Assembly: GCA_040752415.1 (NCBI GenBank)
Contig: JBFMGU010000013.1
Location: forward strand, 1 to 64,000
Reading direction: 5' to 3'
DNA from: Myxococcota bacterium
Lineage (GTDB): Bacteria > Myxococcota > JACRCW01
DNA: 64,000 nucleotides
Positions 20,901-30,718 of this stretch are shown here, one piece after another (the first letter of the stretch is position 1; each line of letters opens with the position of its first letter). Made by a program: the position numbers and the translations under genes. Under the pieces are notes generated by a model. The model ran no database searches, was not told the DNA's origin, and saw only the letters and a list, made by a program, of their open reading frames with translations.

Positions 20901-21928
20901 CGGTGCCCACGGCCACGCTGCAGGGGCAGGCGGGAGTGCGTGACGACGTCGAGAACACGCTCACCGGCACGCTGAAGATGGGCGAGGAGCTGTTCACCAT
21001 CCCGGTGGACCCGGCGGATGCGGGCCTGGTGCCAGGGTACGACGCGGAGGCGTTCGCACAGAGCTACCTGTGCACGCCCAACCTGGTGATGCCCGTCGAC
21101 AATGCACAGTGCTCCTTCATGGACAAGCTGGGCCAGGGTGCGGCGCGCCTCCTTGTCCGCGCGCTGGGTGAAACCACGGAGCTGGTGAACGAGGACGACG
21201 ACTGCGGCTTCATGGCCATGGACGTGCTGATGGACCCCGACCACGTCACCGGCGACCCGGGCGACCTGGGCTCCATGACGTTCAGCTTCAACAACTGCAG
21301 CCGCGGCGTCTCACCTTCCCATCCCAACGGCGACGCGCTGAATCGCCCGGTGGACTGCGTGGGCCGTCGCCGCGACGTGAGCGGCCGGGTGATCACCACC
21401 GCGCAGCGCACCGTGACCGGTCTGCGCGACACCCAGCTGTTCTTCTTTGACTCCATCATCCCGCGCTCCCGTGACGCGGTGACCGTCAACATGCAGGAGG
21501 TGACGTTCGACGAGTACCGCAACGGTGGCATCACCCCCGACGGCACGCCGGAGCCCTACGCCATCCGCATCCACAGCGGCAGCATCTCCGCCACCGCCAA
21601 GCCCGTCCTGGGTGAGAACCGCAACAACCCGGGCACCTTTGACGTGAAGACGCCGGTGGCGCGCGTGGAGAACCTCCGCACCACCACGGGCCTGGAGGCC
21701 ACGCTGGAGGCGCAGGGCATGGTGTTCCGGCTGCACATCACCGCGCTGGAGGTGGACGCGTTCAACGGCAGCTACCAGGGCTCCACCAACGAGATCAGCG
21801 GCACCATCGTGGTCAACGGCGTGACGGTGAACCTGACCGGCCCGCTCGTCGAGAACTATGACCAGGACGCGTTTGACGACGCTTATGTGTGCACGCCCAA
21901 CCTGCGCGCCGTGGTGCCGTCCCACTGA
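17924..21928 (+). CDS. Large lipoprotein with five tandem ~260-aa Cys-patterned repeats, unknown family
   Basis: Lipobox-like VTAAC; repeats start G(V/A)ARL at 18017, 18815, 19583, 20351, 21137; strong GC3 bias in this frame. Confidence 0.85.
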   Translation: MNRPLRNLGAQLMVLGVTAACSETVEPQVAQGVARLTIRNIGAITQLINDDGICGFRSPDAVGSLVVEGAPGAQGTATWSVENCRLELGSMARAKEDCLGTRTRALGTVTVSATRTLTGIVTGDPTRPVLPTDANAVTLHVTAILEDFAATHSNDENVLTGLSGKVSFDATPRLARSATHGLCSVPTPNVIFSNVVYEDAQLHLHADGAGPLATPLALDVTVGSSNLYAVAGRHGDEENLLRGTLELSGKQVHIPVPDESALDPSYNADQYVESYACTPDLTSVDAECDNPQVALGEGAARLNVRSLGAVLAAIQDDVGCGFSSAAAAGTTQLSGPAGSTGTATTTVRDCEINLVESVVSTDCAGVATRASGRIRVNGTRSIRGLLTGDGAQPVVPDSPDAVAFNLQVTMTDFTVRADNNPAVLTVKSGSVAFEAQPLLATSASTGVCSVPVPVVRFPAIRLGPSQFHVVAEQGAFDLSVESSNYQAQVGRGLGAENALAGTIRVAGHDVDLSGLVLDPAYNAAAYEGTWACTNDLAQPIRHECGNVTNQLGNGVARLTMRTLGAVAKLVEDDAACGFASSAVSVQVSGQPGGEGSAVFTVADCALNLDDTVVETDCNGVRTVANGQVVVSATRTVRGMLAGQGSQPVIPNASDVVDVDLDIRFVDFSVTVDGSPHVLTLHGGNLSAHLQPTLAVSAVEGVCAVPLPLVKFSAVRYANARATVVTPDATVTLDLPASELAAVAGRYGNEENALSGTIRIFGQDVVAGSDGDGLDPSYNASSYGASYACNPKLTNPIRTDCPDLRPVLAQGAARLGVKTYATVLKLLDKDTRCGFASASVKQGASVTGVLGEAGATAVSTLGNCVLEFPVEQAVETDCAGVSTFVQGKVTVSGTRTLRGIRTGSVDTPIVPTSWEPVDFNLDMVMDHFTVRSSDVDKALTVNAGRISGAFKPRTALDSATGACSIPTANVQFGNVQFHDADLTIHAGAHALSITVPTATLQGQAGVRDDVENTLTGTLKMGEELFTIPVDPADAGLVPGYDAEAFAQSYLCTPNLVMPVDNAQCSFMDKLGQGAARLLVRALGETTELVNEDDDCGFMAMDVLMDPDHVTGDPGDLGSMTFSFNNCSRGVSPSHPNGDALNRPVDCVGRRRDVSGRVITTAQRTVTGLRDTQLFFFDSIIPRSRDAVTVNMQEVTFDEYRNGGITPDGTPEPYAIRIHSGSISATAKPVLGENRNNPGTFDVKTPVARVENLRTTTGLEATLEAQGMVFRLHITALEVDAFNGSYQGSTNEISGTIVVNGVTVNLTGPLVENYDQDAFDDAYVCTPNLRAVVPSH

Positions 21929-22026
21929 GCGCCGCGGCGGTGGATCCACGCTCCTGGTTCACCACAATGAGATTGGGTGCGGCTCATTTTGAAACGACGC
22001 GTGCCCGCAGGCGGGAGCACATCCGC

Positions 22027-22628
22027 AGGTGGCCGGCAATGGTCAGCCCCGGGGCGGCGCTGTCACGACGACGGAAAGCGGCAGGCGATACGACCGGACC
22101 GACCGATTCAGCCCGCTGGAGAACCGGCCTGCAATGTAGGGGCTGCCCGTTGCCGGCAACGCGTGAACGGTGAAGGTGGCCGGCAATGGTCAGCCCCGGG
22201 CGGCGCTGCCATGACGACAGGAATTGGTCTGCAACGTCGGTCCAGCGGTTCATGACGACGGAGAACCGGCCTGCAATGTAGGGGCTGCCCGTTGCCGGCA
22301 ACGCGTGAACGGTGAAGGTGGCCGGCAATGGTCAGCCCCGGGCGGCGCTGTCACGACGACGGAAAACCGGTCCACGACGACCGAGCCGGCCCCCACGCGT
22401 CCGGAGCTCACGGTTCACCCAGAACGCGCTCCGGCAGCCCGAACGATCCGGGCCTGTTCTCCGCTGACGAGAGCTAACTGCACCAGCGAATTGCGGGCCA
22501 TTTTCCGTCGTCATGAACCGCTGGGCCCGGGGCTGACCATTGCCGGCCACCTTCACCGTTCACGCGTTACCGGCACGGGCGGCCCCTACATTGCAGGCCG
22601 GTTCTCCAGCGCGCTGAATCGGTCGGTC
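22027..22628. repeat. Mosaic cluster of ~100-bp REP/BIME-like palindromic units (2 full + 1 partial direct, 1 inverted)
   Basis: Near-identical 22118-22218 and 22260-22360, partial 22027-22072; 22526-22628 is close to the reverse complement of 22097-22200; each unit has GTAG followed by an internal 22-bp inverted repeat. Confidence 0.85.
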
Positions 22629-22942
22629 AGGTCGCGTGGCGTGTCGTTTTGCGTCGTCACCAGGGCGGCGAGGGCCCGCCGCACCCCAGGCCGTGGCCCG
22701 CTCACGACGTCTGCAAGCCCGAGTGGCAACCTCTTCGGACGCCCCCCCTTGCATCCTGTTCGTCTCATGGCGGCGCGACGCGCTTGCCCGCACGGTTGGG
22801 CTTCGCTCCAGCCGAAACCCGCGCAGCATCTGCGGCCTCCCGCCGCCATCGCGCAAAGAGGTTGCGTTTGCCGGGCCGCTCCCGGGGTGTGCCGTGGATC
22901 GGCGTTTGCAGAATCGCCGGCAACCCTTGCGTGGGCACCAGA

Positions 22943-24718
22943 ATGCAGACGCGCTCCAACGAATGGCCCCGTCATCCGGAAGGCCAGGTGCCCACTGGCA
23001 CGCCACCGGCGCCCATCCTGGACTCGTGGCAGCGCAGCCGCGCGGCGGGCGTGGAGCGGCGTGGCGACGTCCCCGGCGTGAGCACCGGGGAGCTCGATGA
23101 ACGGCTGACGCTGAACGGCGCGCTGTGCACCGCCGCACTCCCGCACCTGGACGGACTGGCCCGCGTGCTGCCCGGTGCCGCGGTCGCGGTGGCGGACCGG
23201 GAGGGCGTGGTGCTGCTGTCGCTCGCCGCCGACGGGGAGATGGTGGCACGCACCGGCCTCCGCCCCGGCATGCAGCGGGCGGAAAGCGCGGTGGGCACCA
23301 CGGCCCTGGGCATCTGCCTGGCCACGGGAAGGCCCGCGTGGGTGGGTGCAGGTCACCATCACCGCGCCGACTGGCACCCCTACTCCGCGTGCGCCGCTCC
23401 CGTGCTGGACGAGGAGCAGACCGTGCTGGGCGTCGTCGAGCTGGTCTTCCGCGCCGACGGGGCGGAGGCGGAACGGTTGGCATTGGCCTCCCAGGCGGCC
23501 TTTGCCGTCGGACGCGAGCTCCAGCAGTCGCAGCGCGGCCAGCGCCTGGCCCGTCCGGGTCCGGGCGCGTTGACCCCGGCTGGCAGCGAGGCATGCCGGG
23601 ATGACGCGGGCATGCGCATCCTCGTGGTCGACGATGACCCCGCCAGTCGCGAGCTGCTCACCGTGCTGCTCTCCCCGCGCTACCGGGTGCTCACCGCCGC
23701 CGACGGAGCGGGCGCGCTGGAGGTCCTCCAACGTGAGCCGGTGGACCTGGTGCTCAGCGACGTCATGATGCCGGGCATGAGCGGCTACGAGGTGTGTGAG
23801 CGCGTCAAGCAGCACGCCGGGAGCAGCTACCTGCCCGTCATCCTGCTCACCGCGCTGGGCGAACAGGACGACCGCAACCGCGGCCTGGGCGCCGGTGCCG
23901 ACGAGTTCCTCACCAAGCCGGTGGACCGCGTGGAGCTCCTGCTGCGCGTGCGCTCGCTGCTGGCGGTACGCGCCCAGGACCACACCATCCGGCGCCAGCT
24001 CAGCGACCTGCAGAAGCTCAACGCCGTCAAGGATGACCTGGTCTCCCTGGTGGTCCATGACCTGCGCAACCCGCTCAACTCCCTGCAGTTCAACCTGGAG
24101 CTTGCCCGACGCCAGGCGGAGAGCACCGGCCGCGCCCCGCTGGTGGGCGCGCTGCAGAACATCCGCATGGCCAGCGCGCGCCTCAACGAGCTGCTCGACG
24201 ACGTGTTGCAGGTGCGCCTGCTGGAGGAGGGCAAGCTGCCCATCCAGCGACAACCGCTGGCCATGCGCGGCCTGATGACCGCGGCGCTGGCCACGCTGGA
24301 CGGGGTGGCGCGCCAGCTCAACGTCAGCGTGGTGCTGGAGTGTCCCGATCACGTGGTGGCGGTGGTGGACCGGCGCCTGGCGCGGCGCACCGTGGAGAAC
24401 GTGCTGGTCAACGCGCTGACCCATTCCCCCGAGGGCAGCACCGTGGAGGTGGTGGTGGGCCAGCGCGGGACGGAGCTGCTGGTGGTGGACATCTGTGACC
24501 GCGGCCCCGGCGTGCCCGACGAGCTCAAGGCGCGCATCTTCGAGAAGTTCGGCACCGTGGAGGCGCGCCGCAGCGAGACCCGGCGCAGCCACGGCCTGGG
24601 CCTGTTCTTCGTCAACCTCGCCGTGAGCGCCCACGGCGGCAGCGTGGCGGTGCTGGACCGCGACGGCGGAGGCTCCGTCTTCCGTCTCACCTTCCCCCTG
24701 ACCGGGAACCCGAGGTGA
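22943..24718 (+). CDS. Hybrid histidine kinase: AcoR-type GAF + REC + HisKA + HATPase
   Basis: ILDSWQRS, ESAVGTTALG, CAAPVLD (GAF); RILVVDDD...SDVMMP (REC); VHDLRNPL; ENVLVNA, DRGPGVP, GLGLF. Start uncertain. Confidence 0.85.
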   Translation: MQTRSNEWPRHPEGQVPTGTPPAPILDSWQRSRAAGVERRGDVPGVSTGELDERLTLNGALCTAALPHLDGLARVLPGAAVAVADREGVVLLSLAADGEMVARTGLRPGMQRAESAVGTTALGICLATGRPAWVGAGHHHRADWHPYSACAAPVLDEEQTVLGVVELVFRADGAEAERLALASQAAFAVGRELQQSQRGQRLARPGPGALTPAGSEACRDDAGMRILVVDDDPASRELLTVLLSPRYRVLTAADGAGALEVLQREPVDLVLSDVMMPGMSGYEVCERVKQHAGSSYLPVILLTALGEQDDRNRGLGAGADEFLTKPVDRVELLLRVRSLLAVRAQDHTIRRQLSDLQKLNAVKDDLVSLVVHDLRNPLNSLQFNLELARRQAESTGRAPLVGALQNIRMASARLNELLDDVLQVRLLEEGKLPIQRQPLAMRGLMTAALATLDGVARQLNVSVVLECPDHVVAVVDRRLARRTVENVLVNALTHSPEGSTVEVVVGQRGTELLVVDICDRGPGVPDELKARIFEKFGTVEARRSETRRSHGLGLFFVNLAVSAHGGSVAVLDRDGGGSVFRLTFPLTGNPR

Positions 24719-25587
24719 CGGTGGCACGCGGCACGCCGGATGACGAGGTCCGGGAGCTTCCCCCCGAGACCCAGGAGGTGCTGCGCCACCTGGCGGAGGA
24801 GCACGGCGTGGACCTGCGCGAGTACCGGCCGGCCACCATCCAGCGACGCATGGAGCTGCGTTACGCCGCCACCGGTGCGCGCCACGCCGGGGAATACCTC
24901 CGCCGCCTGCGCGCCGACGCCGCCGAGACCGCGCGGCTGTTGAGCTGCCTGCTCATCCCGGTGACGTCGTTCTTCCGCGACCCGGCGGTGTTCCAGGCGC
25001 TGCGCGCCACCGTGCTCCCGGAGCTGGTGGCCCGCGCCGGGCCGCGCCGGCTGGTGCGCGCGTGGGTGGTGGGCTGCGCCACGGGTGAGGAGGCGTGGTC
25101 GCTGGCCATGCTCCTGACCGAGGCGTGCGCGCACGCCCGCGCCCCGGGCTTCCACGTGCTGGCCACCGACCTGGACGCCAACGTGCTGGCCACGGCGCGC
25201 GCCGGCCGTTACCCCGCGCTCTCCGGCCTCCCCGACGAGGAGCGCGCGCGCCACTTCCGGCCCCTTCCCGGTGGCTTCGAGGTGGCCGAGGCGCTGCGCT
25301 CCCGCGTGCAGTTCGCACAACATGACGTGCTGGGGCACGCGCTGGCGCCGCAGCAGGCCATCATTGCCAGCTTTGACCTGGTGATGTGCCGCAACGTGCT
25401 CATCTACTTCGCGCCCCGTCTGCAGCAGAAGGCGCTGGAGCGCATGGCGGCGGTGATGGAGCCGCGCGGCGCGCTGGTGCTGGGCCTGGCGGAGTCGGTG
25501 AAGCGGGGGACGGAGCGCCTGGTGCGTCCCCATCCCGCCGTGGATCCCGGGCTCAAGATCTTCCAACGCGTTGCGGAGGCGGGATGA
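24715..25587 (+). CDS. cheR: CheR-type protein-glutamate O-methyltransferase
   Basis: [38 protein letters not shown]; 4-nt overlaps with both neighbours. Confidence 0.93.
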   Translation: MTVARGTPDDEVRELPPETQEVLRHLAEEHGVDLREYRPATIQRRMELRYAATGARHAGEYLRRLRADAAETARLLSCLLIPVTSFFRDPAVFQALRATVLPELVARAGPRRLVRAWVVGCATGEEAWSLAMLLTEACAHARAPGFHVLATDLDANVLATARAGRYPALSGLPDEERARHFRPLPGGFEVAEALRSRVQFAQHDVLGHALAPQQAIIASFDLVMCRNVLIYFAPRLQQKALERMAAVMEPRGALVLGLAESVKRGTERLVRPHPAVDPGLKIFQRVAEAG

Positions 25588-28500
25588 CCGGCTGGGAATT
25601 CGGGAACTGGCCGCTGCGTCGCAAGCTGCTCACCCTGGTGCTGGTGGCCGCGGCGCTGCCGCTGGTGGCCGCGTTGGCGGTGGAGTTCCACCTGGCGCGG
25701 TCCGTCGTGGACGGCGACGCGGAGGCCCTGCTGCGCGCCCGCGCCGAGCAGGTGGCCGGGGACCTGGACCAGTTCAACCAGGGCTACCTGCGCACGGTGA
25801 CCCACCTCTCCAAGCTGCCCACCGTGCGCCACCACCTCTCCGTCGACGAGACGCAGCGTGCCGCGCGGCGCGCCGAGCTGGACCAGGTGCTCACCGCCTA
25901 CGTGGCCGGCGACCACACCATCCACCGCCTGGTCATCCTGGACCAGCACGGCCAGCAGGTGGCCAGCACCGGCGGCGGTGGGCTGAGCGGCCTGGAGCGC
26001 TCCCAGACCTTCCTCCAGGAAGCCCTCGGCGGTCGCGCCAGCATCTCCGGGATCTTCCTCTCCGCGCCGGAGCAGGGCTCGGCGGCGCTGCTGGCGTACG
26101 CCTCCCAGGTCCTGGGGCTGGACGGCCAGCCACGCGGCGTGGTGCTGCTGCTCAGCAACGCGCAGGCGTTCTGGGACGCGGTGCGCGCGGGCAACGGGGT
26201 GGCCGGGCCGGGCAGCTTCTCCATCCTCATTGACGAGCACGGCGTGCGCATTGCCCACAGCTTCCTGCGCGAGCTGGTGTTCAAGCCCGTGGGCGCCCTG
26301 GACCGGCCCACGCTGGAGCGCCTGGTGGCCGAGCGCCGCTACGGCGACCACACGCGGGAGCTGCTGGAGAAGCCGGTGCCGCTGGAGGGGAACGTGGACC
26401 TGGTGCAGCTGCGCACCGTGGCCAGCCAGGCCTACCGCATCTTCGCCCCCGGCAACGGGCGCATGAACCTGGCGGTGGTGCAGCCGCTGACCACCGCGCC
26501 CTGGCGCCTGCTCTACCTGGCGCCGGAGGACATGCTCTACGCGCCGGCGCAGAAGCTCATCACCACCACGCTGGCGGCCAGCTCCCTGCTCATCCTGCTG
26601 GCGTTGCTCTTGGGGCTGCTCTTGTCCGCGCGCATCACCCGTCCCATCCAGGAGCTGCTGGAGGCGGCGCGCAACTACGGTCAGGGGCGCTACCACGCGC
26701 GGGTCCTGGCGCCCTTCCACGACGAGGTGGGCACGCTGGGCCGCACCTTCAACGAGATGGCCGAGGCCCTGGCGGTCAAACACGACGAGCTGGAGGCCCG
26801 CGTCCGGGAACGCACCGAGGCGCTGACCCGCGCCAACGAGGAGCTGGGCAGTCGCAACCGTGCGCTGGCGGAGAGTCGCGCGGAGGTGGAGCGGCACGTG
26901 ACGCACGCGGTGACCTTCGGGCGCACCGTGGCCTCCTTTGCCGCGCAGGGAACGCTCCCGGAGGTGCTGGAGGCGGGCCTGCGCCACCTGGCTCCCCGCG
27001 TGGGGGCCGTGACCCTGGTGTGCTACCGCGTGAGCCGCAACCAGGAGCTGCTCCCGGTGGCCTCCTGGGGCGCCGGCGGCACGGCGCGGCCGGTGCGCCT
27101 GGGCGGGCTGGCGCAGGAGGCGTGGAGCTCCGGGCAGAGCCTCGTCGTGGATGACCTCCCTTCCGACGTGGAGCTGCACTTCGAGGCGGCCTTTGTCTCC
27201 ACGCGGCCGCGCCACCTCGCGCTCACGCCGCTGGCGGTGGCCAGCCAACGCGTGGGCCTGCTGGCGGTGGGGAGCCTGGCGCCCTTCTCCCCGGAGGCCC
27301 GCAAGCTCCTGGACGAGGTGGCCGTCCCCCTGGCCCTCACCATCCACCGCCACGAGCTGGCCGAGCAGGGCGAGCGCTATGCCGAGGAGCTGGCCCGCCA
27401 GAACGAGGAGCTGCAGGCGCAGGCCGAGGAGCTGCACGCGCAGAGCGAGGAGCTGCGCAACCAGAGCGAGGAGCTGCTGGCCCACCAGGAGGAGCTGGAG
27501 AGCAAGAACCGGCAGGTGGCCCAGGCGGACCGCATGAAGAGCGAGTTCATCGCCAACATGTCCCATGAGCTGCGCACGCCGCTGAACACGGTGATCGGCT
27601 TCACGGACCTGCTGCTCGACGAGGCGCGCGAGGCACTGGTGGCGCGCCACATCAAGTACCTGGGAGACATCCGCGCCAGCGGCCGGCACCTGCTCAGCCT
27701 CATCAATGACATCCTGGATCTCTCCCGCATCGAGGCGGGGCACTCCATCCTCTCGCTGGGCACGGTGGACCCGCGCACGGTGGTGCAGGAGGCGCTGGCG
27801 GTGGTGAAGGTCCCCGCCGGGCGCAAGGACATCACGCTGCGCGAGGACCTGCGCGGCAGCCAGCCCATCCACGCCGACGCCAACAAGATCCGCCAGGTGC
27901 TCATCAACCTCCTGTCCAACGCGGTGAAGTTCAGCCCGCCGGGGGCCACCGTGCTGGTGCGCACCCACCACGACGGCGCCACGCTGCGCTTTGACGTGCA
28001 GGACAACGGGCCGGGCATTGACCCCGCGCTCCAGGTGCGCCTCTTCGAGCCGTTCGTGCAGGGTGAGCACCCGTTGGTGAAGAAGCACGAAGGCACCGGG
28101 CTGGGCCTGGCCATCAGCAAGCGCCTCGTCGAGCAGCACGGCGGGCAGCTCACGGTGGAGAGTGAGGTGGGTCACGGCGCCACCTTCTCCTTCGCGCTTC
28201 CCGTCGCGGAGCGGCGCGCGGGGAACGGGGAGCTGGAGCGTTCACCCGCGCGGGAGCCCACCGGTCCTGCGGCCCCGCCCGCCTCCGACGGCGCCGCCGT
28301 GCTGGTGGTGGCCAACGGGCAGGACACCGGCGGAATCCGACAGACGCTGCAGGGCGCCGGCTACCGCGTGCTGGAGGCGCAGGAGGCGCGGCGGGCGGTG
28401 GAGCTGGCGGTGGACCGCGACGTGGCCGCCGTGATCATCGGCCCCGGCTGGGACGACGGCGCGGGGCTGGCGGTGGTGGAGGCGCTGAAGGCGGACCCGC

Positions 28501-29411
28501 GCACGCGCCACCTGCCGGTGCTCTTCGAGTCCATGCTGGGCAGCGGGGCGCCGGGGAAGCTGCTGGGCGCCGCCGACTACGTGACCAAGCCCATCGACCA
28601 CGCCGAGCTGCTCTCCCGCGTCTCCGAGCTGACGCCCACGACGCGCCCGGGACGCACCCCGCTCATCCTCACCATCGACGACGATCCCGCGGTGGGACCG
28701 CTGCTGGCCGCGGCGCTGGAGCCCGCGGGCTACACGGTGATCACGGCACAGAGCGCGCGGGAGGGCCTGGAGCTGGCGTTCCGCGAGGAGCCGGACGTGG
28801 TCATCGTGGACCTGGTGTTGCCGGACCTCTCCGGCTTCGAGCTGGTGGAGCAGCTTGCCAACGACGAGCGCACCCACCACATCCCGGTCCTGGTGCTGAC
28901 CGCCCGCACGCTCACCGACGGGGACCGCAGCCGGCTCCGCCCGCACGTGGTGGCCCTGGCGGAGAAGGGCGACTTCACCCGGGTGGCGTTGCTGGCGGCG
29001 TTGGAGCGCGCGGTGCGGGGCAGGCCGGGCGTGGCCGGGGGGGCGCGAACCATCCTGGTCGTCGACGATCACGACCTCAACCGCGAGCTGGTGCGCAGCC
29101 TGCTGGAGCGGCGGGGCTGCCGGGTGGTGGAGGCGGAGGACGGAGAGTCGGGCATTGCCGCGGCGCGCCAGGTGCGTCCCGACCTGATCCTGATGGACCT
29201 GGCCATGCCGGGCATGGATGGTTTTGCCGCCACCCGTGAGCTGAAGGCCCATCCCGCCACCGCGCACATCCCGGTGGTGGCCCTCACCGCGCGCGCCATG
29301 AAGAGCGACGAGGAGCGCGCCCAGCGCGAGGGATTCTCCGGCTACGTCACCAAGCCGGTGGACGTGCACCTGCTCGAGCAGGCCATCACCCGCGCGCTGC
29401 GCGCCCCGTGA
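25584..29411 (+). CDS. Membrane hybrid histidine kinase (extracytoplasmic sensor, HAMP, GAF, Glu/Gln-rich coiled coil, HisKA, HATPase, three REC domains)
   Basis: Start MTGWEF overlaps the cheR stop (ATGA); two TM segments; [41 protein letters not shown]1 degenerate, REC2 and REC3 intact. Confidence 0.92.
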   Translation: MTGWEFGNWPLRRKLLTLVLVAAALPLVAALAVEFHLARSVVDGDAEALLRARAEQVAGDLDQFNQGYLRTVTHLSKLPTVRHHLSVDETQRAARRAELDQVLTAYVAGDHTIHRLVILDQHGQQVASTGGGGLSGLERSQTFLQEALGGRASISGIFLSAPEQGSAALLAYASQVLGLDGQPRGVVLLLSNAQAFWDAVRAGNGVAGPGSFSILIDEHGVRIAHSFLRELVFKPVGALDRPTLERLVAERRYGDHTRELLEKPVPLEGNVDLVQLRTVASQAYRIFAPGNGRMNLAVVQPLTTAPWRLLYLAPEDMLYAPAQKLITTTLAASSLLILLALLLGLLLSARITRPIQELLEAARNYGQGRYHARVLAPFHDEVGTLGRTFNEMAEALAVKHDELEARVRERTEALTRANEELGSRNRALAESRAEVERHVTHAVTFGRTVASFAAQGTLPEVLEAGLRHLAPRVGAVTLVCYRVSRNQELLPVASWGAGGTARPVRLGGLAQEAWSSGQSLVVDDLPSDVELHFEAAFVSTRPRHLALTPLAVASQRVGLLAVGSLAPFSPEARKLLDEVAVPLALTIHRHELAEQGERYAEELARQNEELQAQAEELHAQSEELRNQSEELLAHQEELESKNRQVAQADRMKSEFIANMSHELRTPLNTVIGFTDLLLDEAREALVARHIKYLGDIRASGRHLLSLINDILDLSRIEAGHSILSLGTVDPRTVVQEALAVVKVPAGRKDITLREDLRGSQPIHADANKIRQVLINLLSNAVKFSPPGATVLVRTHHDGATLRFDVQDNGPGIDPALQVRLFEPFVQGEHPLVKKHEGTGLGLAISKRLVEQHGGQLTVESEVGHGATFSFALPVAERRAGNGELERSPAREPTGPAAPPASDGAAVLVVANGQDTGGIRQTLQGAGYRVLEAQEARRAVELAVDRDVAAVIIGPGWDDGAGLAVVEALKADPRTRHLPVLFESMLGSGAPGKLLGAADYVTKPIDHAELLSRVSELTPTTRPGRTPLILTIDDDPAVGPLLAAALEPAGYTVITAQSAREGLELAFREEPDVVIVDLVLPDLSGFELVEQLANDERTHHIPVLVLTARTLTDGDRSRLRPHVVALAEKGDFTRVALLAALERAVRGRPGVAGGARTILVVDDHDLNRELVRSLLERRGCRVVEAEDGESGIAAARQVRPDLILMDLAMPGMDGFAATRELKAHPATAHIPVVALTARAMKSDEERAQREGFSGYVTKPVDVHLLEQAITRALRAP

Positions 29412-29451
29412 CGCGCCCGTCGTCATGGCCCAAGGGGCGGTGACCTGGGCC

Positions 29452-30576
29452 TCACAACACGCCCAGCGACTCCACCTGGAAGCGCAGCGCCTCCGCGTCG
29501 TCCTCGGGGAGCGTGTCGGAGGCCTGCATCATTCCGTCGTCAATCAGGGCGCTGAGCGCGGTCTCCATGGCGGACAGTCCGCCGGAGATGAAGCGGGCGT
29601 GCGCCAGCACCGCGTCGGGCTCCAGCGGGTCGTCCAGGCTGATGCCGCTGAGCGCCTCCTCGTAGAACGGCGGGGGATTGGCCAGGAACTCACGCAGTGC
29701 GTCGCCCGCGCCAAAGCCCGCACCGTCCAGCGCCGTCATGATGGCGTTGATGCCGCGACACTGCTTGCGGATGCGCGCGGGCAGCTGCTCCTCCTCGGAC
29801 TCCTTCACCGCCACGCGGAGGATTCCCTCGTCCAGCAGGCGACGCAGCGCGCGCATCCCGTGCAACCGTCCCAGCCCGGACCGCTGGATGAGCGCGCGCC
29901 CTCCCAGCCCCTCCCTCGACGACGCGGCCAGCTGCAGCAGCGCCTGCTCGCTCTCCCCGAGGTGAACGGCGGGGGAAGGCTGCAGCACCGCGCACGGCGT
30001 CTCCAGGTCCACCAGCTTGCCCTCCAGCGCGCGCACCTCCGTCACCTGCGCCACCGCGCGCTGCAGGATGGCCGCGGTGTCCATGCCAAAGTGCATGGGC
30101 TGGGGATGCTTCCGCTCGTCGTGGAAGACCATGTGACCGGAGAGCTGCGTGCACGCCGCGGAGAAGATCTCCATGGCCTGGTCCACCAGCGCGCCGCGCA
30201 CGTCGGTGGGAGAGATGTACCCCAGCTCCACGAGACAGCGGCCGAACTTGCGTCCCTCCCGCGCCATCTCCCCGGCAATCAGCACCTGGTCCAGGCTGAG
30301 CTTGCCCAGTCGCCACAACACCTCACCCAGCCGATCGGACAGGTGCGTGCTGGTGGCGCCGGTGTACTGGCCGGACTCCAGGTACAGCTCGCGCGTGCCC
30401 TGCCCGTCGGTGACCTGCAGGCAGCCGCTGCGCCGCGCGCGAACCAGCATCTCCACCACGTCGGAAACCGCCAGGGTCTCCAGGGAGCACGCCAACCAGC
30501 GCGCGCCACGACGTCCCTGCAACGTCAGCTCCGCGGTTTCAACCAGGGTCTCGAGCGGTTCGGTGGTGTTGGCCAT
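29452..30576 (-). CDS. DUF4388 (PatA_N-like) domain protein
   Basis: SLETLAVSDVVEMLVRARRSGCLQV...RELYLESG...DRLGEVLWRLG...FGRCLVELG; start approximate. Confidence 0.72.
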   Translation of the reverse strand: MANTTEPLETLVETAELTLQGRRGARWLACSLETLAVSDVVEMLVRARRSGCLQVTDGQGTRELYLESGQYTGATSTHLSDRLGEVLWRLGKLSLDQVLIAGEMAREGRKFGRCLVELGYISPTDVRGALVDQAMEIFSAACTQLSGHMVFHDERKHPQPMHFGMDTAAILQRAVAQVTEVRALEGKLVDLETPCAVLQPSPAVHLGESEQALLQLAASSREGLGGRALIQRSGLGRLHGMRALRRLLDEGILRVAVKESEEEQLPARIRKQCRGINAIMTALDGAGFGAGDALREFLANPPPFYEEALSGISLDDPLEPDAVLAHARFISGGLSAMETALSALIDDGMMQASDTLPEDDAEALRFQVESLGVL

Positions 30577-30718
30577 GAATCCCATGCCGTGCAGCCCAAC
30601 GGGCACCGGGCGGTGGGATGGTGGACCAGGCACCGGGCCCCCCACAAGCGCCGGTTTTGCAGGCGTCGTCGTCGTGGCGGCTTGAAGGGATGTGGTCATC
30701 TGCCTACAAGCCACGCGC

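Noticed and set aside
22027..22628. Possible CRISPR array (repeats with 41-45-nt linkers)
   Set aside because: Repeats are ~100 bp, only about three, one copy is inverted, linker pieces are reused, and there are no cas genes
22931..22947. Sigma54-like GG-N10-GC element
   Set aside because: Poor match to TGGCAC-N5-TTGC and it overlaps the proposed start codon
21889..23081. Short ORFs across the 22-kb repeat cluster and the 22649 start for the kinase
   Set aside because: They translate the DNA repeats and have no protein motifs or clear codon bias
25404..28175. Long antisense ORFs (also 42491-45499, 51780-54188, 36232-38421 and others)
   Set aside because: Expected stop-poor shadows of high-GC genes, with no motifs
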